Source: Lama guanicoe (taxonomy: Eukaryota). From it: a stretch of DNA of 64,000 bases. Under the pieces are notes generated by a model, which did not search any database, was not told the DNA's origin, and was given only the letters and a program-made list of their open reading frames with translations. Positions 12,466-22,369 of the stretch are shown piece by piece (position 1 is the first letter of the stretch; the number at the start of each line of letters is the position of its first letter). The translations under genes and the position numbers were made by a program. The stretch is from positions 1,922,001 to 1,986,000 of the forward strand of contig MU053304.1 in the NCBI GenBank assembly GCA_013239625.1. The letters are read 5' to 3'.

Positions 12466-13676
12466 TGAGCCAGATAGAAGGGGGGCCTAGAGGTGGAGAC
12501 CTTCTGGAGCTCCAGAAAGTGGAGCAGGGAGGTAAGGCTGCCTCCAAGCATCCTGAGGGCTGAGGGTGTGACTGTTCTTGTGATGAGGATGCTAAAATGA
12601 GCTAGAAATAGCCCAACCAGACGGGCTGAATCTGAGTCAACCTCCCCGTACCTCCCAATGTTTTTGTGCTCAAATCATGGTGCATCATTGGGGCTTCATT
12701 GAAATACACTGGCTAGTTCTATTTTTAGTGCAATAAATGCTAGCACTGAAACATAACGTTGTTATGCATCATTCAAGAAGCAAATGCATTTCAAATTAGA
12801 AATCTCACCAAACACTTGTAAATTCAGGTAACGTTTTCCATATGACCTTGAAATTACCAGATAGTCTTGTTGGTGGCCACTTAAATGTGGGATTTTTAAA
12901 TCGAAGCAGAGCAAAGAGATGTAATAGAACAAAGGCAGTTGAAGATCGTGTCCACAGCAGCCAAGAAGGTAAACATGTCAATCAACACTTTTCGTGTTAG
13001 CGCCTCTGAAGGCCTGATTCCCTGACTCCCTAACGTTACAAAGTCATCTTCAGCCCAATTAGCTGGGCATTTATAATCTCCCATTACCCTCACATCAGCA
13101 CAGAGAAGTGATTAATTATTTTGGCATTTGTAGTAATGCCATTAATCAGGATGCATTCTTTAGGTAGTAATGGTTGGATGTGGTGGGCAATTGTATATGA
13201 GTTCTGTAGTAATTTAGCAATTGATTTACTAGTATTTGATGAGTTGAAATTGTACTAATGGAAGATTAAGTGATACAATTCTAACTGATTATAAAAAGGT
13301 GATCCAATAGACGCTGAAAAAGAGATTAAATAAATGGGGAATTTCAGTTGTGCATTCTATGTGAGCCAACAGAATTTCAAAGGAAAGCACAGATTAATTT
13401 TCATGTTCCACCAATGGGTATTCAGGAACTGGCTAGTAAAAAGCATGTCCAATTCGGATGTGGTTTTCATATGCAATGAGAATTTTCTTTTTTTGCTAAA
13501 GGGTGATTGCTTGCTGCCAAAAGTAGGCTCTTGGAGAGATTTGACAGGCTTAGTTGTAGATTTTGCTTCCAAAAAGGATTTTATAATTTGAATATTTTAT
13601 ACCATTGTATTAACCAGTGTCTTGTATAAATTGCTGGTTATACTTAAAAAAGTCTTTTAATCCTATGAATTATGGC

Positions 13677-13708
13677 TATATATATATATATATATATTTT
13701 TTTTTTTT
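13677..13708. repeat. (TA)n followed by poly-T
   Basis: Directly visible. Confidence 0.9.
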
Positions 13709-14053
13709 ACAACTTTAAGTAAAGCCTGGAGCCTAGCACTTTAAAGTATAACCTGGCATGAATGATTCAAAATGGCACATAATACAAGTCACCTTATTAC
13801 AAATGTACTTTCATTTGGGCATCATTTTAAAATTCTAACAATAATTTTTAAAAGTAGTAATAATTAAATAAAATTTTATTTCAAAGCTTTGACATGAGAG
13901 AGGCTGAGTGAGGAGACTCTATAAATGACCTTCTTGCTTGCATCTTGGCTCTGCTGTTTTCTCAGGGGACACACTTTCCCAGAGCCTTTTCCTCAGACCC
14001 ACACGAGTCCAAGTTTCATTCAGAACTTAGTGTTAAATACACGTTGGTTGTCG

Positions 14054-14523
14054 ATGCTGCTGCTGATGGTAGTGATGATGGTGATGACGATGATGGTGAT
14101 ACTGGTTGCTATGGACTGAATGTTTGTGTCCCTCCCAAATTCATACGTTGAAACCCTCATCCCCTATAAATGCTATTTGGAAGTGGAGCTTTAGGTGGGA
14201 GGTAATTAGGGTTAGTGTAAGTCATGAGGGTGCAGCCCTCATTATAAGATTAGTGCCCTCATAAGGAGATGAAGGGATCAGCGCTTTCTCTCCATCATGT
14301 GAGGGTGTGGAGAAAAGGCAGCTGCAAGTAAACCCGGAGAAGGGTCCTCACCAAGAACCTACCCTGCTGCCACCCCCTGGTCTCAGACTCGCAGCCTCCA
14401 GAACTGTAAGAAAAATTTATTGTTTAAGTCACCCAGCTTGACTCTGTTACAGCAACCCAAACTGAGACAATGGTGGTGATGATGGTGGTGATGACGATGA
14501 TGATGATGGTGGTGGTGATGATG
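14054..14523. repeat. (GAT/GGT)n microsatellite split by the MLT1 LTR
   Basis: gatgatggt repeats at about 14065-14100 and 14470-14523. Confidence 0.8.
14107..14469 (+). mobile_element. MaLR solo LTR (MLT1A-like)
   Basis: TG...CA ends (tgctatggactgaatg...actgagaca), cagcctccagaactgtaag core, and near-TSD ctggt/atggt. Confidence 0.85.
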
Positions 14524-14534
14524 CAGAGGGTCCT

Positions 14535-14720
14535 TATTGTATACTTCACTGACCATAAGCTTTGCCCATGTGAAGATCTTTAATCATAACAACCATGGTA
14601 AGAAGTAGGTAGTGTTATTGTCTCTATTTCAGAGAGAAGGAATCCAAGGCATGAAGGATGTACATAACACTCCGAAAGTCACAGAGCTGGTGAGAACTCG
14701 GACCATCTGCTGGTACAGCC
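14535..14720 (-). mobile_element. MIR
   Basis: tttaatcataacaacc...attgtctctatttcagagagaaggaatccaaggc...aagtcacagagctggt, an antisense MIR core. Confidence 0.7.
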
Positions 14721-15204
14721 TGGTGTTCTCTCCCATTACCCTCATGTCAGCACATGGTTACTCATTTTCGTATTCAGTATAGAGCCACTAAGCAGGAGGC
14801 ATTCATTTGGAATTAATGAATGGATATTGTGGACCATTATCCACTTCTGTAGTGCGAAACAGACACTATAAACAGAACACATAAAATGTTAAGATCCAAC
14901 TCTAGCACGGCCTATCTGTTAATGTGTATATTTAGTGTATTCCTATGTAATAAGGAATAACATTAGTTATTTTTCCTAAGCTGGTGTTCAATTCCCTCCC
15001 ACTCTTCCCGTGTTATAAGGTGCATCCCTTTGATGGCCAACCCTGCTTTTGTAAAGGAAGAGAAAGGAGAGGGGAAGTGATGGGGTTAATGTTCTGTGAG
15101 TTTGTCACACTACATAATAGCTAAAGGGTGATTCCTTCTGAGTCACGGGGCAGAGGAGGTGAGATGTACAACAAGAGACAGTTAATATGATTCCTTTGGA
15201 GACT

Positions 15205-15600
15205 TGTGTTGGTCAGGGTGCACCTAAGCTGTTGTAATACAGAGACTTCAAATACAGTGGCTTAAACAAGTGACAAGTTCACTTCTCTCTCATGTTATAA
15301 TCTAGAGGTCACGGTCCAGGACGGAGAGCGCAGCTCTGCGCTCTCAGCACACAGACCCCATCTCTCGATTCAGAATGGCTGCCCCAACTGTCACCGTCCC
15401 TTTGGCTTGTCAGCCAGTGAGAAGGGGGAAGGGCAGCAGTGGGGACACTTGCTCATTCTTCCTAAGTGTATGACACATCCTGTCCCTGAGTCCCAGAGGA
15501 CAGGCTGGGTGGCCCAGTCGGTCCCAGCAGGAACTCCCAATCCTGTTATTTAAAGGAATTTGGAGAGAGTGGGTGCTGGTGAACAGCTAGCAGTTCCTCC
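15205..15600 (-). mobile_element. Old MLT1-type LTR remnant
   Basis: gctgttgtaa...cagtggcttaaacaag...ttctctctcatg is typical of old MLT1 subfamilies. The distal end is uncertain. Confidence 0.5.
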
Positions 15601-18600
15601 CACGGTTCAGATACTCAGGTCTTATTTAGGACAAATAATCCAGTCTAATATTAATGGAGAAAGGAGTGTAGTAGGGTGGAAAAAAGTTAAACAAAAATAC
15701 AGTACTCTGGGCTGGTAACCCTTTATGCTGGGAATAGATATTTCTTTTGGGAAAGTGTAGAATGTCAACATAAGGACTCTTGAACTAAACTTTTTTGTTC
15801 ATTTTTTTAGCCTGTGTTCTGATACTGAATTTTCAGTTTTCTCTGTCAAGTGAATAAATAGAGGGGGTACGGAGAGATCGGCCAACTTGGGAGGTCATTC
15901 GTTGTTAAGGGCCGCTCTATCTGACAGGAAGATTTGTTGAGAATAAGCCAGTCTCTCTTCAGGGGAAAGCAAGCTGATTGTGTTTTTTTCCTATAATATG
16001 GTCTCATTATCTTTACAATTTCCTTTTCCCTTTGGAGCAAACGATATTACTTACTATATACTTTTCCTAGTCATCTGGCTAGGTGCAGCCTACATGCTGA
16101 TTGAGCGGAGTGGCAAGTGGTAAAAGTACTTGGATCGTTGCTGTTTTATGCCATTGTGCCTCTAATTCTGAAAGCATTTTTGGCCATAGCTAACTCAGGA
16201 AGCCACAGAAAATGAGATACTCTGTACAGGTGAATTTTCCAAAAAGCAGTTGAATGCTGCAAGCAACAAAGCTTAAAAGTAAGGAGATAAGCAAACAAGA
16301 GAATGCAGACTTTCTCATAGAAATCCAAAGAAAGCTTTTTTAGAGGAGGTAGTAAGAGCTTGGAAGAGGTCTGGGATGGGAGGGGTGGCCAGGCAGGTTC
16401 TCCAGAGAATGAGGCACCACTGTGTCAGCACCCGGATGTAGTGACAGCTATTTGGTGCTCATTCACTCTCCCCCTGACCTTCCGGTCTGACTGCATCCTG
16501 CATGTGCGCAGTGGTACGTGTATTTGTGTGCCTTGTTTTAGCATCATGGTGCCCTGGACTTGGTCTAGGTTCAAGTTTGCAGCCTGCAACAAGCTCTCCC
16601 TTTGCCTCTGGCCAGATACTGACAAAAGATGATTTAGTTCTCAGGTTTTACTTCCCAGCCCCCAGGTGTTGAGTCGGAAATCCAAGGGCATCCTGACCGG
16701 CTTATTAAGCTTTGCAGTAACCTCCGTCCCACCTTCTGTAAGAGTCGGCACAGATAACGCTGTCGCATCCCTGCTTCTGCGGATCGAGTTGTGGGAATTG
16801 GAGATGTTTGCCTTCCTGAAGCCCAAGTTAGTGCAAGACGCCTGGGCCTCCAGCTGGAGCTGGAGCTGTGATGTGTTAAAACTTTCATGCCTATCTGGTG
16901 CCAGCCAGGGGACTCCCTGGACTGTGAACAGTTTTTATGGGGTATAGTTTTGTGCCAAATGACCCGCCGCATCTTGATAGGAAAACTCGGCGGTCTGTTT
17001 CCAGCACCTACTGCTCACATATTTACGGTCAGAGTTTTTATTTGCATGTGTGCATTCCCTTTAACAGGAAAGAAAATGGTCTTTAGCCAAACCACTGAAG
17101 TGAGAAATGCAAATCTCGTTTGCTATTAATCCCAATGAGGTATTAACTCCAAAGTCCATTTAAGACTCTTCGGTGTTAATATTAAAGAAGACAAGTGGTA
17201 AAATAAACATTTAACGGCCCGGAGCCAGGGCTCCTGCGCTCTGACCCTGGACCACTCCATTCCAAAGATAATGACGGGACCCCCTTTGGTTGTTTTCAAC
17301 TTCTCATTGGCACCAAGGGAGTGAGTTTGGCAAAGTCAGTGTTTTAAGAGGACTGTAATGATGGCAGAACATTTTATTACTGTGTTAATGAGCTCAGTGT
17401 GGGGCTGTGGGCTGGGGCGGAGCGTGTGTATCTGTGGGAGAGTCAGGGGGAGGGAGGCGTGAGGGAGGAGGGATGGGGGAGGGAGAAGGAAACTCAGCTT
17501 TTATTTGTCATCAGGACTAGTTCCTTGGGGGTGTTAACAGATCCCAGGATAATCTTTGGAGAAAGTTTCCCTTCATTACCGTTTTAAGACTCATTAGGGA
17601 AATCACCCAGCTGTGTCGTGAGCAGAAGTGGACCTTTTAAGTGCAGCATTTCTGTCTCATGCTTTGCTTTTCTTTTTCAGTCTTCCTCCCTCCCTCCTTC
17701 CTTCTTTCTCTCCTTTCTTTTATATTTGCCTCTTTTATATTTCTCCTCTTTCTAGTTCCCTTTCTTGCTTTTAGTTTAAACCAGGCTTTTGTTGGCACAA
17801 CTTCACAACCTCCTAGGTGGCATCCATCCTTTAGTTTTTGAACAGACCATAGAAAATGCAGGTGGTGACAAGAGTCCACTCTCAAACAGCTCTGCAGCAT
17901 GCCATCCTAACTCTGACTCTGCCAGTTTTTGTCTTTACCTGACCAGTTGGCCTGTGGATCTTGGAATTCTGAATATGAGGACAAGTCCTTCTATCCAGGT
18001 CTGTGTCAGGAATCATGTTACGTATATTGATTTCATACTGTTAAGGAGGAGAAAGAATCGTGACCATTTGCTCTGCGTTCCTTACAAACGTGTTAGAAAT
18101 GGCCATCAGTTGGAGGCCATGTCAAAGAAATCACCCTGGCTGTTCAACAACTCTTAAATGAACACCTGTAAAACCCCCAAGATCTTCTTTTCTAAAACAC
18201 GAATTCCGTTTTATTTTGGATTCTTCATTCTGCTCCTTGGAAAGAGCATGCTTCCTGCACTTAGCTGTAGGATTTCTGGAGGGCAACCTTGCTCTCACCC
18301 GGCTGCAGTTGGAGGAAAGCTAAATTGAACAAGACTACTTTTCATTATGAGGAACTCTGAGCATTTTCCCTGAGACACGATCAGAGGGAGGGGGCAGACA
18401 ACTTACTGAAATTACACTCGTGCCTGGAAAGAGCCGCCAGGTTCTCCTCATGTAAATGGTATATTGTTGAGAACAACATGCTTATGCTGGTGACTCACTT
18501 TGGGAGATTAGGTGACATAATTAGAAATTACGTAGTCACGTGTGACACGCTGCTGCAAAGATTGACTTCTTTCATCGTTTACTAGGGGATGTTAGACCAA

Positions 18601-18859
18601 AAGACTCATAGTCTTAGTAAAGGAGTGAAGCTAATATAAAAAGCTTTGTCAAAGCTATCTCCAAGAATGTCAGAGACTTCCGATGAGTGAGGAATACAGA
18701 CATCATCTAAATATCACAGAGGTGCCTAGATTTTCCAAAATAGATGCGTGAAACATGATCTCAGAGGCTCACACATAAGCCTCTAATTCAAGGTGATTGT
18801 TACCTGAATATGAGTATTAAGGTAACATTAATAGGTAACCTAGATTCGTTTCTACCAGA

Positions 18860-19030
18860 CCAGTGATTCTTAAGTGGAAGCACATGTTTGAATTACTTAG
18901 GGAATCTTTTTTTTTTTTTTAAATACCCAACCCAGACTATTGATACTGAATTACTTATGTTGGAGCCTGGAAATCCACACTTGGAAAAAGCCCCTGCAAC
19001 ATTATGAAGCTTCTGGTTTCAAAACTAGTG
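18860..19030. mobile_element. MER5-like remnant
   Basis: cagtgattcttaa start, gaattacttagggaatc and tactgaatt...ggagcctggaaatc. Confidence 0.55.
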
Positions 19031-20287
19031 AGGACCACCGCTCCTGGCTGAAAGTTGGAAGCGGCAGAAATCAAAGGCGACTCCTCTTTGTAACCTTAGA
19101 ATCTAATAAATACTACGCCTGGTTTGTCTAAGTGAGTGCGGGAAATGTTCATTGAGGCAAGGGAAGCTAACTACTTAAAAAACTATATTGTGCATATTTT
19201 TAGCTACTCATTCATTTAAATGTCTACTGGCTCAGTTAATTTAATAGTCGAATAGAATTTTTAAAATAACCCTTGGAGAGAGGTCTCTTTTGGAGAATTG
19301 TAGAGTGTTCCGTGATCTAAATGCTGAGTATGGAGACAGGTGATACAGATTTTTAGAATAACTAAAGAAAAGCAAAGATATCAAAGATACCTTTATAATT
19401 ACTATCTGATTTTACCTCCATTGTTTTATGTGTAAAAGCATCTTTGAGAATAAGGATTCTGGCAGCACCCCTGCATTGTACCAGGCTGTATTTCTCCATC
19501 AAAGTTGATAAGCAATATATTTCTTTTTTATTTTAGTAAACTGGAATTTATGCGTTCTAATGATGGCTGTTCATCCAAGTGGGTTTGTTGGATGACAGCG
19601 CATTCTGGAAACTCCTCTTTGGGAACTGTCTTAGCTGCTCTGGTCATATAAGTATGTGTCCTGAATTCCTACTTGCCACCTCTCTGAGACTTGTCCATTG
19701 CCATCAAGGAAGCTTCAGTGGAGGTGGTTTGGCAAGAAGCCATCCAAGACATAAAATAACCAGGGACCGGGACGTGGCAGTCCGTTCCTGAGCACAGAGG
19801 GACATGGTAGAGCTGGAGGGGGCTGGGAATTGCGGGAAGCCTCATGAACAGGGTGAGAGCTGAGCTCTGATAAGGGGACAAGGAGGCATATTTGAGGCAA
19901 AGCAGCTCCACGGGAGCATTTGCAGAGCGTGGGTGAGCAGGACATTTGAAGGTGCTGGAGGAGTTGTGAGGTGTCTTCATAATGTGGGGCTGTGACTGAG
20001 AAGTAGAAAGCTTGACAGAGGAGGTGTGTTTGCCTAAACCGTCCTTTTCCTTTTGTCCCAAAGCCAATTTGCCATGGAATTTTCAGTAGGCAATCTTAGA
20101 AAGAAGGCGGCTAGTTCTCTGTGGATGTGAGGTTCCAGTCCATGTCAGACCCCCTGTACCTACTGTTACTGTGATACCAAGACACATTTGGCTCCTAATT
20201 CCAAACTTGAAGTTGAAGTATGTCTCCAGTGCACTCCAGCTTGCATGAATTTCCCAACTTAACCTGATGCTTGTGAATGAAATTAGA

Positions 20288-20987
20288 TTTTTTTTTTAAT
20301 TGAAAGATACTTGATTTTACAATGCTGCATTAGTTTCTGGCATATGGCAAAGGGATCCAATTATATACATATATATACACTCTTTCAGATTCTTTTCCAT
20401 TATGAGCTATTACAAGATATTGAATATAGTTTCCTGTGCTATAAAGTAGGACCTTGCTGTTTATCTATTTTACATATAGTAGTTTGTATCTGTTAATCCC
20501 ATACTTCTAATTTATTACTCCCCCATTTCCCCTTTGGTAACATTAAGCTTGTTTTCTCTATCTGTGAGTCTGTTTCTGTTTTGTAAATAAGCTCATTTGT
20601 ATCTTTTTTAAGATTTCACATATAAGTGATATTATATGGTATTTATCTTTCTCTGTCTGACTTCACGTAGTACGGTAATCTCTAGGTCCATCCATGTTGC
20701 TGCAAATGGCATTATTTCATTCTTTTTTATGACCGAGTAGTATTCCATTGTACGGATATACCGCATCTTCTTTATCCAGTTATCTGTGGATGGACATTTT
20801 GGTTGCTCCCATGTCTTGGCTATTGTAAACAGTGCTTCTGTGAACATTGGGGCACATGTGTCTTTTCAAATTAGAGTTTTCTCTGGATATATGCCCAGGA
20901 ATGGGATTCCTCAATCATTTGGTAATTTTATTTTTAATTTTTTAAGGAACATTATACTGTTTTTCATAGTGGCTGCACCAATTTATA
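20288..20987 (-). mobile_element. 5'-truncated L1
   Basis: Poly-T plus 3'UTR. The minus-strand ORF 20632-20847 (MFTEALFTIAKTWEQPKCPSTDNWIKKM...) is the L1 ORF2 C-terminus. Degenerate TSD atgaaattagatttt / atggaattaaatctt. Confidence 0.92.
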
Positions 20988-22223
20988 TGGAATTAAATCT
21001 TATGCTGCTGTTCCGAACCCATCTTCTGCCTGCTAAAAACATTCCTTGCACTAACGTAGTGCCTGGCACTTTGCAGACTCCTTGTCCCTGGATGCTCCCC
21101 CAGGCATGAGATGATCATGTTGCCCCGTTGCCAAGACAGTCTCACTTTATGTCTTGTCCAGTTGTCATCATCAAAAGCACTCTTTTTGATGTGAAAAAAA
21201 GTCCTAGTTTTGATGATAAAGTCTGTGTTCACCCTATTTAGGGGTTGTTTTCCTAACTTACAGGAGAAAGTTGGGGTGTGGAGAGGCATGGTTGTCTGGA
21301 ATCATTGTCACTCCCTTGTCTTAAGCACCTTTTCTGGGTAATACAGGAGTCTTTTTCCATGATGATGGAGTTGTTTATTTTGAAATTAAAAATTGTACTT
21401 AAAGAAACGAATATTCGTATTAGAAAAAGGTATACTCACTTAGTAAAATAATTATGTGTCATCGATGCAAAATACTTACAGCATTATTTCCTGATTTCAG
21501 TTGGAGGTGACTATTTATTCCATATTTATTGCCACCTACTATGTATAAATAGCTGCACTGGTCATAAAAGTGACTCAGAGGTGACTACAACACAGCAGTG
21601 CTGTTGCAATCAGTGATCAACTGCGACTGGTCCTGTCTTATTAGATGGTTAAAACCACATAACTTCAGTAGATTTTGTGCAGTCAGACTGGTGACCAAGT
21701 AAGATATTTATTAATAAACCCAGCATAGAATGTGTACCCACATTGCATGCCCTGAGCTGCTGAGGCCGGCCGGCAGCTGGGTGTGGCCTTTGGGGGAGTC
21801 AGTGCTTGTGGGCATCCCGTGTAGCCAGGAGGAGGACGAGCTGGGAGGTGCAAGCAAGTGCTCCGGGGGAAAGACGGGTTCAGCAGCAGGGAGAATTCTA
21901 AGATGCTGATGCGGGGATGGAATTGAAGGACAGAGCGGCCCCAGAGGGCAGGAGCAGGACCAAAGCAAGCATGTAAGGTGATGATGGGGTGCCTGGCACT
22001 CCTTTTCGGTGGCGTCAGGCGTTCCTCATGATGCCTGCAAAGAGTGGCCCAGCTTAAAGCCTGAAGGTCGGAATGGCTGCTAGCCACGTGCCTGACTCCT
22101 TGACCTCACTTACTGCATTTTGTTTTGTTTGCCAAACTTGAATATTGTGTCAGCTGTACTCAGAGTCTTGAAAAAAGAGTGTTGGTCCAGCTTTACATTT
22201 CCTATTGTTTCATTTTCTTTTAG

Positions 22224-22369
22224 GTTTTGTGAATGACTCTGTTACTAAATCTATTGTGGCTTTGCGCTTAACTCTGGTGGTGAAGGCCAGCACCTGTGTG
22301 CGGGGGGACGGCCATGCAAGTGACTTGGAGTGTTCTGGAAAAGGAAGATGCACCACGAAGCCATCAGAG
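22224..22369 (+). CDS. DNER: DNER internal coding exon (probably exon 5): (G)FVNDSVTKSIVALRLTLVVKASTCVRGDGHASDLECSGKGRCTTKPSE
   Basis: Acceptor ttttcttttag|GT with AG at 22222-22223 and donor GAG|gtaagg at 22370. The exon is 146 bp, phase 1 to phase 0. The translation closely matches the recalled human DNER segment GFVNDSVTKSIVALRLTLVVKVSTC...DLECSGKGKCTTKPSE. Confidence 0.96.

Noticed and set aside
13925..14151. Hydrophobic Met/Val-rich and Asp-rich ORFs
   Set aside because: They are translations of the (GAT/GGT)n microsatellite and the LTR start.
20632..20847. ORFs resembling a protein C-terminus (also 56794-57254)
   Set aside because: These are decayed L1 ORF2 C-terminal remnants in 5'-truncated copies, not host genes.
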